From Ruminococcus sp. (GTDB lineage Bacteria; Bacillota; Clostridia; Oscillospirales; Ruminococcaceae), in the NCBI GenBank assembly GCA_017543595.1, contig JAFYFU010000019.1, positions 35,622-99,621 on the forward strand: DNA of 64,000 nt, in the 5' to 3' direction. Both the position numbers and the translations under genes were made by a program. The notes beneath the pieces were generated by a model, which worked only from the letters and a program-made list of their open reading frames with translations, did not search any database and was not told the origin of the DNA. How positions within the stretch are numbered: the stretch's first letter is position 1; each line of letters begins with the position of its first letter. Of the stretch, positions 9,452 to 19,384 are shown piece by piece.

Positions 9452-12109
9452 ATGAATGAAAATAATAAAAAAGTAAGGGATTACCTCGAAAAAGAGGAAG
9501 TCCCCGAAAAATTAAGCCCCGAAAATATCGCAGAAATGCTCGGTGAAAACGCTCCGCAGAAGAAAAGAAAAAATATTTCCGCTGCGGGAAGAATTGCCGC
9601 ACTTGCGGCTGCCTGCGTAGTCATAGTCGGCGGAACTGTCCACTTTGCAGGTCAGAAAAATCTTTTCAATAAAAAACAGAATACACCCGATACTGTCATA
9701 AAAACCGACAATCAGGATTCGGGAAATTCAAAAGATGACGATTCCGAAACCACTACCAAAGCAAATACTGAAAACCCCACGGAGCAGGTTGTTGTAAAAT
9801 CTTATATGAACGGTGCGGAAAGCTACGAACAGATTTATACCATGTTTGAGAAATCCGCTAAAAGATATAACAAAAAATACAACTCAACACGTTCTTATGG
9901 TGCAAAATCAAACGGCTTTACCGATGATGTTATTGAATATGCCGTGGAAGAATCAGGTGATGATTCCGAGGGCGTTTATTATGACAACAGTGAAGTTTTA
10001 GCTCCAAAAACGAACTCCGATATGTACGATTCTCAGATGAATGGAGCAGTAGGCGGTATGGGCGGAGATATCAGCCCAAATGATGAATTTATAGCCGCTC
10101 CCAAAAATTCCGATGAAGAACCGACAGAAGAACCCACACAGGAAATTACTGAAACTCCCACAGAAGAACCGACAGAAGAACCTACTCAGGAAATTACTGA
10201 AACTCCCACGGAAGAACAGACAGAAGAACCCACGGAGGAAATTACAGAAACTCCCACGGAAGAACAAACAGAAGAACCTACCGAAGAATCTGCCGTAACT
10301 TCAACGGAAAGCACAAATCTTTCCACATCTGCAATAACTTCAACCGTAACTTCCGCAACTACTGCCGTAACTACCGAAACAGCAGAGGACGATTTTTCCG
10401 ATACCTACTCTCAGGAAGAAAATGTCCGTGAGGCTGATATTGTAAAAACTGACGGAAAAAATATTTACTATATCCGCAACAATTACAACTATAACGACGT
10501 AGACTGGACAAATGAATGTGTTCCGCAGATGAATATAGTTTCCGTTGACAGCGGAAAATTTGTGAATCCGCATACCGTTGACCTCACTCCCGATATGAGC
10601 AGATTCGGTGACGGTTACAGCAAAAGCGCAACAGTACAGGATATGTATATATACAACGATATGCTTATAGTTATCGGTTCGGAGTCCTCATATTATGATG
10701 TTGACTATTACTATACTGACGGCAACGGAGATGTTCTTGATGACAGTGCATGGTTCGACAGAAGTTCAGGCTGTTTTGTATCATTCTACACTCACGAGGC
10801 TGAACCGAAATTAATCGGCACTTATTATCAGGACGGATATTACAATGATGTGAGAATCTCCCCTGACGGCTATATGTATCTTGTTTCCAACCACTCCACA
10901 GCAACTTTTGAAAACGTCAGAAGTCAGGAAAACACAGGAAGATATATTCCCTCCTGCGGAACAGGTCAGGATATTGAGTTTATGCCCCCCGAAGATATTC
11001 TCCTCCCGAAAAGATTCAGCGATGAATCAGATACAATTGAATATACCGTGATAGGCGGTATAGACCTCACGGAAAAAGGCACTTTCAAACCCGTTGAAAC
11101 AAAAGCCCTCGCAGGTTACACAGGTCAGTTGTATATGTCCGAAAACAATATATATACTTCCGCAAACGATTACAGCAGCGATATCACAGAGACCGAAATA
11201 ACAAGAATCTCCGTAAATCAGGGAAATATTGACCCGCAGGCTTCCGGAAACGTCATGGGATATATAAAAGACCAGTTTTCAATGAGCGAATATGACGGAT
11301 ATCTCAGAGTTGCAGCCACAAGGCGTGGAACTTTAAAGGACGGCGGTATTATAAGCGATATGTTCGGCACTACCGAATATGAATACATTAACGACAACTG
11401 CGTTTACGTCCTCGATATGGATATGAATATTGTCGGCACGGCTGATGGTCTCGGCGAAAACGAAACTATAAAATCCGTAAATTTCAGCGGAAATATGGGA
11501 TATGTCGTAACTTACAGACAGACTGACCCCCTCTATGCAATAGATTTCAGCAACCCTGAAAGCCCTGTTGTCCTTGACGAATATAAAATCCTCGGTTACA
11601 GCAATTATATGCAGAGCTGGACGGAAGGCTTGCTTCTGGGATTCGGTGCGGACGCTGACGAGGACGGAATTGAAACAGGTGTAAAGCTTGTAATGTTTGA
11701 CAACTCCGACCCCGAAAACCTCAAAGAAGTCGGCTATTACAGCATTAACCACGATGATGACGGCTACATCTATTCAAACGCTATGTGGGACAGAAAATCA
11801 CTTTTGATTTCCCCTGAGAAAAATATAATCGGTGTCCCGATAAATGAATATCATTACTATGATTACTATTACGATGATGCCGAAGAATCCGAAGATGATT
11901 ATGCAAGTTACAGCAACGTATCAAAATATATGTTCTTCTCATACAATGACGGAAATTTTGAACTCATAGGCGAACTTAAATGCAACGGCGATTTGACCAC
12001 TCTCGAAAGAGCAATATACATAGGCAATTATGTCTATGCGCTCTCCGAAAATACTTTCGTTGCCGCAGATATGAAAACCCTCAAAGAAACAGACAGAATC
12101 AAATTCTGA
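9452..12109 (+). CDS. Putative anti-sigma factor with extracellular beta-propeller domain
   Basis: Short cytoplasmic N-terminus, one TM, acidic/Thr linker, QEENVREADIVKTDG, DQFSMSEYDGYLRVA, TYRQTDPLYAIDF..P motifs; follows ECF gene. Confidence 0.8.
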   Translation: MNENNKKVRDYLEKEEVPEKLSPENIAEMLGENAPQKKRKNISAAGRIAALAAACVVIVGGTVHFAGQKNLFNKKQNTPDTVIKTDNQDSGNSKDDDSETTTKANTENPTEQVVVKSYMNGAESYEQIYTMFEKSAKRYNKKYNSTRSYGAKSNGFTDDVIEYAVEESGDDSEGVYYDNSEVLAPKTNSDMYDSQMNGAVGGMGGDISPNDEFIAAPKNSDEEPTEEPTQEITETPTEEPTEEPTQEITETPTEEQTEEPTEEITETPTEEQTEEPTEESAVTSTESTNLSTSAITSTVTSATTAVTTETAEDDFSDTYSQEENVREADIVKTDGKNIYYIRNNYNYNDVDWTNECVPQMNIVSVDSGKFVNPHTVDLTPDMSRFGDGYSKSATVQDMYIYNDMLIVIGSESSYYDVDYYYTDGNGDVLDDSAWFDRSSGCFVSFYTHEAEPKLIGTYYQDGYYNDVRISPDGYMYLVSNHSTATFENVRSQENTGRYIPSCGTGQDIEFMPPEDILLPKRFSDESDTIEYTVIGGIDLTEKGTFKPVETKALAGYTGQLYMSENNIYTSANDYSSDITETEITRISVNQGNIDPQASGNVMGYIKDQFSMSEYDGYLRVAATRRGTLKDGGIISDMFGTTEYEYINDNCVYVLDMDMNIVGTADGLGENETIKSVNFSGNMGYVVTYRQTDPLYAIDFSNPESPVVLDEYKILGYSNYMQSWTEGLLLGFGADADEDGIETGVKLVMFDNSDPENLKEVGYYSINHDDDGYIYSNAMWDRKSLLISPEKNIIGVPINEYHYYDYYYDDAEESEDDYASYSNVSKYMFFSYNDGNFELIGELKCNGDLTTLERAIYIGNYVYALSENTFVAADMKTLKETDRIKF
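10113..10290 (+). repeat. Coding tandem repeat, 48-nt unit (TEE[PQ]TEEPT[QE]EITETP), ~3.5 copies
   Basis: Near-identical repeated DNA units in linker. Confidence 0.85.
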
Positions 12110-12114
12110 TTAAT

Positions 12115-12146
12115 AAAAATCCCCTGCAAAAGCAGGGGACTTTTTT
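12115..12146. terminator. Bidirectional intrinsic terminator
   Basis: TCCCCTGC/GCAGGGGA stem with flanking A/T tracts. Confidence 0.85.
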
Positions 12147-12465
12147 ACTTAATAACGTTTGCAAATTCAAGAGCTTTTCCGATATCGCCGTTTACTTTGA
12201 GTTTGCCAAGAGTAAATGCTGCAACAGGGTCAAGCTTGCCTTTTACAAGCTTAATGAAATTGTCCATAGAGATGACAAGTTCGCACTGTCTGTCGATGTA
12301 TTCGTAAGGTTCAATGCTGATTCTTCCGTCTTTTATCTCAGCATAGAATACACCTGCATTTTCTCCTGTGATAGTAATTTGAGTAGCCAAAAAACCATGA
12401 TTTGAAAAATCCTTTTTCGCTGCCTCTTTTCTGAGTTCTGTAATAACTTCGTTGATTGTTGCCAT
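12145..12465 (-). CDS. SCP2 sterol/lipid-binding domain protein
   Basis: GKLDPVAAFTLGKLKVNGD motif; start reassigned to ATG 12465 after AGGAGA RBS. Confidence 0.88.
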   Translation of the reverse strand: MATINEVITELRKEAAKKDFSNHGFLATQITITGENAGVFYAEIKDGRISIEPYEYIDRQCELVISMDNFIKLVKGKLDPVAAFTLGKLKVNGDIGKALEFANVIK

Positions 12466-12560
12466 AAGTCTTCTCCTTTTGATATATTCTGCCGTCAAAC
12501 TACGACTTTAATATTATACCCTTATTCGGAAAAAAAGTCAATAAACATTTTGTAAACTTT

Positions 12561-13328
12561 TTACATATCAATTTTTTCAATAATTTCAAGACCGAATTTT
12601 TCAGCCAGTTTATGGCATTTTTCGATATTTTCATTATCTGCGAGGGCGGAGGGATAATGTGCGTCAACGCCCACAATTGCGGTATTTCCTATTCTTTGGG
12701 CTATTTTCAGGAATTTTTCGGAGGTGTAATGTCTGCCGTCACGAACCCCTATGCCGTTTATTTCAACGGGCAGATTTTTGCTTTTTAAATATTCGCAGAG
12801 CCTTGTAAAATGTTTTTCATATATTTCGTCACTCCCTGTGAAATAAACCAAATCGGGGTGTGCAACGTATTTATATCTTCCGCTTTCCATGCCCTCTATG
12901 ACGGAATCCACATATTTAACAAGTCTTTCCTCACTCGGCGAAGGTCGTCCCACATAATGGGCATAGGGTTCTCTTTCAATGAAATGCTGACCGAGTATCA
13001 TATAATCAACAGGATAATCTTTAAGGAATTTATCCTGTGCCTCGACAAGTTCGGGAATATATTCCGCCTCAAAGCCGATATATATTTTTATATCTTTTTC
13101 GTATTCTTTTTTCAGGTCTGTAAGCGACTGAAAATAGCCGTCAACCGTCTGCGGACTCATTCTCATGTCGGAAACATAATTATCGGGAAATACCCAAGGG
13201 CAGTGGTCGGAAAATCCAAGTATCTTAAAGCCGCTCTTTACAGCCTGTTCAACGTATTCCCTGTCCTCACCGATTGCATGAAAACATCTTTTTGTATGCG
13301 TATGATAATTTGCAAACATAAATTTCAC
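12561..13328 (-). CDS. PHP-family phosphoesterase (HisJ-like histidinol phosphatase)
   Basis: NYHTHT, GFSDHCP, LGQH, AHPD, GVDAH metal ligands. Confidence 0.88.
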   Translation of the reverse strand: MKFMFANYHTHTKRCFHAIGEDREYVEQAVKSGFKILGFSDHCPWVFPDNYVSDMRMSPQTVDGYFQSLTDLKKEYEKDIKIYIGFEAEYIPELVEAQDKFLKDYPVDYMILGQHFIEREPYAHYVGRPSPSEERLVKYVDSVIEGMESGRYKYVAHPDLVYFTGSDEIYEKHFTRLCEYLKSKNLPVEINGIGVRDGRHYTSEKFLKIAQRIGNTAIVGVDAHYPSALADNENIEKCHKLAEKFGLEIIEKIDM

Positions 13329-13393
13329 CTCCTGATGAAAACGGGGAAGCCTTTCTTTCAGACTTCCCCCAAATCCCCTGCCGTTAATTCAAA

Positions 13394-14764
13394 TCAAACT
13401 TTGGGGAGTTTTGCTGTTGATTTCTGTATTTCCTCATCTGTGGGGATATAGTCGCTCATTTTTCCGTCATTGTAAGCCGCATAAGCGTACATATCGAAAT
13501 AGCCCGTACCCGTAAGACCAAAGAGAATAGTTTTCTCCTCGCCTGTTTCCTTGCATTTGAGAGCCTCATCAATTGCCGCACGGATTGCATGACTGCTTTC
13601 GGGTGCAGGGAGTATTCCCTCAACTCTTGCAAACTGCTGTGCAGCTTCAAATACTGCTGTCTGCTCAACCGAACGAGCCTCCATGAGTTTCTGGTCATAG
13701 AGTTCCGAGAGAATCGCACTCATTCCGTGATATCTCAGACCACCTGCGTGGTTGGGCGAGGGCATGAATCCGCTGCCGAGAGTATACATTTTCTGTAAGG
13801 GGCAAACTTTTCCCGTGTCGCAGAAGTCATATGCATAGACACCTCTGGTAAGGCTGGGGCATGATGCAGGTTCAACGGCAACTATCTTATAATAAGCCTC
13901 TCCCCTGAGTTTTTCGCCCATAAAGGGAGCAATAAGTCCGCCGAGATTTGAACCGCCGCCTGCACAGCCTATGATAATATCCGGCTTTATGCCGTACTTG
14001 TCCATAGCGGTTTTTGTTTCAAGACCGATTACTGTCTGGTGCAGAAGTACCTGAGAGAGAACGCTTCCGAGAACATAGCGGTAGCCCTCTTTTGAAGTTG
14101 CAGCCTCGACAGCCTCGGAAATTGCACAGCCGAGACTTCCGTTTGTATCGGGAAATTCCGCAAGAATTTTTCTGCCGACTTCCGTTGTGTTTGAAGGCGA
14201 AGGAGTTACGGACGCACCGTAGGTACGCATTACTTCACGCCTGAAAGGTTTCTGCTCATAGGATACCTTTACCATGTAAACATTACAGTCAAGGTTAAAA
14301 TACGAACAAGCCATAGAAAGTGCAGTACCCCACTGACCTGCTCCCGTTTCGGTTGTAACGCCTTTAAGACCCTGTTTCTTTGCATAGTAAGCCTGAGCGA
14401 TTGCGGAATTTAACTTATGGCTTCCGCTTGTGTTGTTTCCCTCGAATTTGTAATATATTTTAGCGGGAGTGCCGAGAGCTTTTTCAAGGCAGTAAGCTCT
14501 TACAAGCGGGGAAGGTCTGTACATCTTGTAAAAGCTTAAAATCTCATCGGGAATATCTATATAGGGTGTTGTTTCGTCAAGTTCCTGCTTAACGAGTTCA
14601 TCGCAGAAAACGTGACCGAGTTCCTCAGCCGTTACGGGCTTTAAGGTTGCAGGATTGAGGAGGGGTGCAGGTTTTTTCTTCATATCTGCCCTTACATTGT
14701 ACCACTGTTTAGGGAGTTCCTCCTCCGAGAGATAAATTTTATAGGGTATTTTTTCGTTTGACAT
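13394..14764 (-). CDS. trpB2: TrpB-like PLP-dependent enzyme (tryptophan synthase beta type 2)
   Basis: SGSHKLNSA PLP lysine, TETGAGQWG, GGGSNLGG, PAPESSHAI; no trpA adjacent. Confidence 0.92.
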   Translation of the reverse strand: MSNEKIPYKIYLSEEELPKQWYNVRADMKKKPAPLLNPATLKPVTAEELGHVFCDELVKQELDETTPYIDIPDEILSFYKMYRPSPLVRAYCLEKALGTPAKIYYKFEGNNTSGSHKLNSAIAQAYYAKKQGLKGVTTETGAGQWGTALSMACSYFNLDCNVYMVKVSYEQKPFRREVMRTYGASVTPSPSNTTEVGRKILAEFPDTNGSLGCAISEAVEAATSKEGYRYVLGSVLSQVLLHQTVIGLETKTAMDKYGIKPDIIIGCAGGGSNLGGLIAPFMGEKLRGEAYYKIVAVEPASCPSLTRGVYAYDFCDTGKVCPLQKMYTLGSGFMPSPNHAGGLRYHGMSAILSELYDQKLMEARSVEQTAVFEAAQQFARVEGILPAPESSHAIRAAIDEALKCKETGEEKTILFGLTGTGYFDMYAYAAYNDGKMSDYIPTDEEIQKSTAKLPKV

Positions 14765-14774
14765 AATAGTCCTC

Positions 14775-15090
14775 CTTATTTAAAATCGTCAGATTTTGCC
14801 TTTTTAGGCTTGACATTTCATTCACTCCGCTGTTGCTCCGTTCATTCCCATGTCAAGGGCAAAATCTTCCTCTTATTTAAAATCGTCAGATTTTGCCTTT
14901 TTAGGCTTGACATTTCATTCACTCCGCTGTCGCTCCGTTCATTCCCATGTCATGGCGCAAATCTTCCTCTTATTTAAAATCGTCAAATTGCGTCATTTAG
15001 GCTTGACACATTCACTCAAAAATCAAAGATTTTTTCGTTCATTTGTGTCAAGGACGCAATTTTCCTCTTATTTAAAATCGTCAGATTTGC
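14775..15090. repeat. Tandem array of three 97-98-nt REP-like structured units plus a fourth boundary motif
   Basis: CTTATTTAAAATCGTCA starts at 14775, 14872, 14969, 15067; each unit has nested inverted arms. Confidence 0.9.
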
Positions 15091-15098
15091 TAACTTAA

Positions 15099-16016
15099 TT
15101 AACGGTGAGAACCGCCGCCTCCGTGACCGCCGCTGTGCGAATGACCGCCGCCTCCGCTTCTTGTTCCGCTGTCTGACTGTATTTTTGTTTTTGTCGTATG
15201 AGTACGCAGGAAAGTATCCGTCTGCACATTGAAATTTGATTTCTGCTGTGAAACATATACGTCAGGGCTTGCAGATGCCTTGAATTTATAATGGCTTTTT
15301 ATGCAGGATTTTGTTATCAGTGAGGTTATCAGACCTATGATAAAGGCTATAAAAGTGATAAGCATAACGGTTGAGGGGGCATTTCCCTTTGTTATGTAAA
15401 GCTGACCGCCCTTATAGTAAAATACTTTTCCCGATGAACGGTCTTTGTAATGCTTTGAAAAGCTTTGGCTTTCGTCTTTCTGATTCAGGAGAAAATCGCA
15501 GAAAGTTGTAATTGCCTCATGAATCTGTCCTGCTTCTATTGCCTGACCTGACGGGGGAAGCACTCCGTTCATGGTTGTTTCAAAAGTCCTGTCATCTATT
15601 TTTTTCTGATACCATAGTACAGCCTTTCCGCTTGTGGAAATATAATCATAGGCAGGAGATTTTCCCGATATGTCTATATAGTAGAAAACTCCGTCAGTAT
15701 CCTCTCCGAAAGTTTCGTCATAGGAATCATCTGCAAATATTTCCGTTTCGTAGTCGTAATATCCCGAATATGAACTGTCGGGAAGAAATACAGCTATATT
15801 CATTTCAAGCAATTCAGCATATGAATCAATCATTTCTTCAATTTCGCTGTATTCGTCCTCGTCAAAAAGTCCGTATTCGTCATAAAGGCCCGATAATTCC
15901 GTGCTTCCGTCCCAGCCCTTTGCATAATTTTCAGCCGCATTTGTTTTCAGAGCATCAAATGGTACGATAAAAAGCAGAATCATTACCGTAACTGCGGAAA
16001 ATATAAATTTTTTCAT
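15099..16016 (-). CDS. TPM domain-containing membrane protein
   Basis: Signal peptide, LYDEYGLF, DG.FYYID....YDYISTSGKA, C-terminal TM and Gly/His-rich tail; start ATG 16016 overlaps upstream stop. Confidence 0.8.
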   Translation of the reverse strand: MKKFIFSAVTVMILLFIVPFDALKTNAAENYAKGWDGSTELSGLYDEYGLFDEDEYSEIEEMIDSYAELLEMNIAVFLPDSSYSGYYDYETEIFADDSYDETFGEDTDGVFYYIDISGKSPAYDYISTSGKAVLWYQKKIDDRTFETTMNGVLPPSGQAIEAGQIHEAITTFCDFLLNQKDESQSFSKHYKDRSSGKVFYYKGGQLYITKGNAPSTVMLITFIAFIIGLITSLITKSCIKSHYKFKASASPDVYVSQQKSNFNVQTDTFLRTHTTKTKIQSDSGTRSGGGGHSHSGGHGGGGSHR

Positions 16017-17083
16017 ATAATGCCCGTACCTCCCAGAATAAATCCTATAAGGGTTATTGCACCGCATATTCCCCAGCAGAAAAGATTTAACTTTGTCTTG
16101 TCAAGGGGCGGAGTACCTGCGAGTTTTCCCGTCTGACCGTTAAGTGCAAATTCATATACTTTGTCGCCGTACTTGTATGACATGAACCACACGGGCAGCA
16201 TCATATACTGCCATTTGGTACTTCTTATGTTATAAGTTTCAACATTCGGGGAAACGCCCGTATAAGCCGAAAAAGTTGATTTCATCGTATCTTTTCCCGC
16301 CTTTGTGACACGTTCCTTGACTCTCGGAAAGACAGCCACCTTGTCAACGTCATACTTGTCGGCATAGAATCCGCTTAAATAGGACATCTCGAAATTTTTA
16401 GCCTCATCATATTTAAAGGGCTCAATGGATTCCATGAGAACATCTTCTATTTTGCTTTCGCCGTCCGCAGGAACACCGCTAACATATATATTGCCGTGTC
16501 TTTCAACCTGATACTCTTTTGTTTCGGTATACCTGTAACCGTTTGAGGTCCATGTGCGGATATTTTTTCCTATGCCTGAAAAATCCGCTTTAACGTCACA
16601 GTCTGCAATCCAGAACGGAACATAAAGACCCGTCATTTTTTCAAGCTGCTGTTCCGATTTAAAATCTTTCGGGACAAATTTTCTTTTTTCGCACCATTTC
16701 TTGAACATATCAACGGCACTGTCCCTTGTTATTTTGAATCCTATTACTTTATCGGGCTTGTAGTCGCCTGTAAGCTTTCCCGAAAGTATTACGGGATTAT
16801 GGCAGTAATAGCAGAAAAGCGCAGTCTGTCCGTCCTCAGCCATTATATCCGCACCGCAGCTTGAACAATGATAAAGACCTGTACCGTCCGCAAATTCATC
16901 GGCGGCGGCAACCTGTTCGGGTGTCTGTTCCTGCGGCTGCATATCCGCATAAATTTCTCTTATTTCCTCAATTGTAAATTCGCTTCCGCAGTATTCACAG
17001 CTTAATTTCTGCGATGTCGGGTCAAATTTCAAATCCGCCATGCAGTTTGGGCATTTATATTCCGCAGCGTCCAAAAAAACCAC
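16013..17083 (-). CDS. Zinc-ribbon-containing membrane protein
   Basis: CPNC, CEYC, CSSC, CYYC pairs; YVPFW, GQTGKLAG, C-terminal TM; start uncertain (GTG 17083 or TTG 17074). Confidence 0.78.
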   Translation of the reverse strand: MVFLDAAEYKCPNCMADLKFDPTSQKLSCEYCGSEFTIEEIREIYADMQPQEQTPEQVAAADEFADGTGLYHCSSCGADIMAEDGQTALFCYYCHNPVILSGKLTGDYKPDKVIGFKITRDSAVDMFKKWCEKRKFVPKDFKSEQQLEKMTGLYVPFWIADCDVKADFSGIGKNIRTWTSNGYRYTETKEYQVERHGNIYVSGVPADGESKIEDVLMESIEPFKYDEAKNFEMSYLSGFYADKYDVDKVAVFPRVKERVTKAGKDTMKSTFSAYTGVSPNVETYNIRSTKWQYMMLPVWFMSYKYGDKVYEFALNGQTGKLAGTPPLDKTKLNLFCWGICGAITLIGFILGGTGII

Positions 17084-17222
17084 TCCCTTTAATGCATTTT
17101 AAATGCAAAAATATCACATTATACATAATAGCATATTATTGTTTTGTTTGCAAGAGAAATTTACAAAATAAGACTTGTCTTCAAATATTTTTATATAATA
17201 TGCATTGAGATTTTTTTAATGC

Positions 17223-17251
17223 TTGACAATTTTTGTAAAATAATGTATAAT
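17223..17251 (+). promoter_or_regulatory. Consensus sigma-A promoter of citrate synthase operon
   Basis: TTGACA-17 nt-TATAAT. Confidence 0.85.
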
Positions 17252-17325
17252 GATATGGACGAGTGCTGTTTTCTTTATATAAAAAGAAAAAACTTAAAAA
17301 ATATTTTACAAGGAGATGATGTATC

Positions 17326-18675
17326 ATGAGTTATAAATTTTCAAACGTTACAGACGAAATTTCAGAACTCGCCGAAAAATCAATAGAGGGGTATAAAATA
17401 GACCCTTCTCTTTATACTCAGTATGACGTTAAAAGAGGTCTGCGTGACATAAACGGAAAAGGCGTTGTCGCAGGTCTTACAAATATCAGCACTATTCAGG
17501 TTGACCCCGAAACAGGGGACGGAAAACTCTATTACAGAGGCATTGACGTTGAGGATATCGTTGAGGGCTTCATAAAGGAAAAACGTTTCGGCTTTGAAGA
17601 AACCGTATATCTTCTGCTTTTCGGCACTATGCCGTCTTTTCACGAGCTTTCCTCATTCAAGAAAATTCTTGCGAATTTCCGCAGTCTGCCCCCGACTTTC
17701 ACCCGTGATGTCATAATGAAAGCCCCCAGCGACAATATGATGAATACCCTTGCAAAGAGCGTTCTTGCGCTTTATTCCTATGATGACAAGGCTAATCTCA
17801 TAAATATTCCCAATATTTTAAGACAGTGCATTGAACTTATAACACTCTTTCCGCAGCTTGCAGTTTACGGCTATCACAGCCACAGATATTCAAAATACGG
17901 CGGAAGTCTTTTTATACATGACCCAAGACCCGAACTTTCAATTGCGGAAAATCTTCTATATATGCTCCGCCCCGATAAAAAATTCACGGAACTTGAAGCA
18001 CGTATTCTTGACCTTGCGCTTGTTCTCCATGCCGAACACGGCGGAGGAAACAATTCAACTTTTACCGTCCATGTTGTTTCCTCATCGGGTACGGATACCT
18101 ATTCGGCAATTGCTGCGGCTCTGGGTTCTCTCAAAGGTCCAAAGCACGGAGGCGCAAATATAAAGGTTGCAAAAATGTTTGAGGATATGAAACACAATGT
18201 CAGCGACTGGACTGACGAGGAAGAAGTTAAAAATTATCTCCGCAGACTCCTCCATAAAGAGGCTTTCGACAAGGCTGGACTTATTTACGGAATGGGTCAT
18301 GCCGTTTATTCACATTCAGACCCAAGGGCAAAAGTTTTCAAGAACTTTGTTGAAAAACTCAGTTCGGAAAAAAACAGGCATGACGAATTTGCACTTTATT
18401 CGCTTGTCGAAAAGCTTGCCCCCAATGTAATCGCAGAGGAGAGAAGAATCTACAAGGGCGTTTGTGCGAATGTCGATTTTTACAGCGGTTTCGTTTACAG
18501 AATGTTGGGCATACCCGATGAACTTTTTACTCCCCTGTTTGCAATTTCAAGGATTGCAGGCTGGTCAGCACACAGAATAGAAGAATTAATCAATTCAAAC
18601 AAAATAATACGTCCCGCCTATAAGGCTATTTCCCCCATGCGTGAATATACCGACATGGAAAACAGAATGGACTGA
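17326..18675 (+). CDS. gltA: Citrate (Si)-synthase
   Basis: LHAEHGGGNNSTF, GPKHGGAN, GMGHAVY..DPRA, NVDFYSG. Confidence 0.93.
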   Translation: MSYKFSNVTDEISELAEKSIEGYKIDPSLYTQYDVKRGLRDINGKGVVAGLTNISTIQVDPETGDGKLYYRGIDVEDIVEGFIKEKRFGFEETVYLLLFGTMPSFHELSSFKKILANFRSLPPTFTRDVIMKAPSDNMMNTLAKSVLALYSYDDKANLINIPNILRQCIELITLFPQLAVYGYHSHRYSKYGGSLFIHDPRPELSIAENLLYMLRPDKKFTELEARILDLALVLHAEHGGGNNSTFTVHVVSSSGTDTYSAIAAALGSLKGPKHGGANIKVAKMFEDMKHNVSDWTDEEEVKNYLRRLLHKEAFDKAGLIYGMGHAVYSHSDPRAKVFKNFVEKLSSEKNRHDEFALYSLVEKLAPNVIAEERRIYKGVCANVDFYSGFVYRMLGIPDELFTPLFAISRIAGWSAHRIEELINSNKIIRPAYKAISPMREYTDMENRMD

Positions 18676-18695
18676 AATTAAATTAGGAGGTTTAT

Positions 18696-19370
18696 ATGAA
18701 ATGTAACTATTGCGGAAAGGAAATTTCCGACAACGCAAAATTCTGCAACGGCTGCGGTGCGCCCGTTGCACAGACAAACGGCACTGTTAATCTTTCAAAG
18801 CCGTCAGAAAATATTGACAGGAATATTAACAATACTCCCAACGTTCCCTATACTGCCCCAAACAGTACGATAAATACGGGTGAATCACCGAAATATGTTG
18901 ATTTTGGCGAGGCAATAAGCCTGTTCTTCAAAAACTATGTGAATTTTTCGGGACGTTCCACAAGAAGCGAATACTGGTTTGCCGTACTTTTCATGTTTAT
19001 TATCGGATTTGTTCTCGGAATTATGGGCGAAAAAGTTGAGTTTATCTCACGCCTCTGGACACTTGCAACATTCCTCCCTTCGCTTGCTATTGCGTGCAGA
19101 AGATTTCACGATGCGGGAAAAAACATAACACCGCTTATAATTCTCTACGCTGCGGAAGTTGTCATGGGAATACTTGCCTTTGCCGCATTCGGTTCGGCAA
19201 TTTTCGGGTTGAGCGGTTCAAGAAGTGCAGCCACAGCAACAGGCGGATTAATTATAATTTTTGCTTTGGTCGCACTTGCAACTCTCGGAATAGCTGTATA
19301 TAATATAGTGATACTCTGTCAGCCCTCTCAGCCCACAGATAACAAATACGGCAGACCGCCTATGAAATAA
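18696..19370 (+). CDS. Zinc-ribbon plus DUF805 membrane protein
   Basis: CNYC...CNGCG ribbon; FSGRSTRSEYW, RRFHDAGK, NKYG DUF805 motifs. Confidence 0.85.
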   Translation: MKCNYCGKEISDNAKFCNGCGAPVAQTNGTVNLSKPSENIDRNINNTPNVPYTAPNSTINTGESPKYVDFGEAISLFFKNYVNFSGRSTRSEYWFAVLFMFIIGFVLGIMGEKVEFISRLWTLATFLPSLAIACRRFHDAGKNITPLIILYAAEVVMGILAFAAFGSAIFGLSGSRSAATATGGLIIIFALVALATLGIAVYNIVILCQPSQPTDNKYGRPPMK

Positions 19371-19384
19371 TACATATTTTTAAC

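Noticed and set aside
12810-13451. 213-aa ORF antisense to the PHP gene, and the many similar antisense or overlapping ORFs in the track
   Set aside because: These are shadow frames of well-supported genes, with no RBS and no recognisable motifs.
14775-15090. CRISPR array (a ~25-nt repeat recurring every 97-98 nt)
   Set aside because: The would-be spacers are ~72 nt, nearly identical to each other and self-complementary, and there are no cas genes. It is a tandem structured repeat.
14850-15098. 82-aa ORF or trp attenuator leader peptide
   Set aside because: It is a translation of the repeat, lies on the strand opposite trpB2, has no Trp codons and no RBS.
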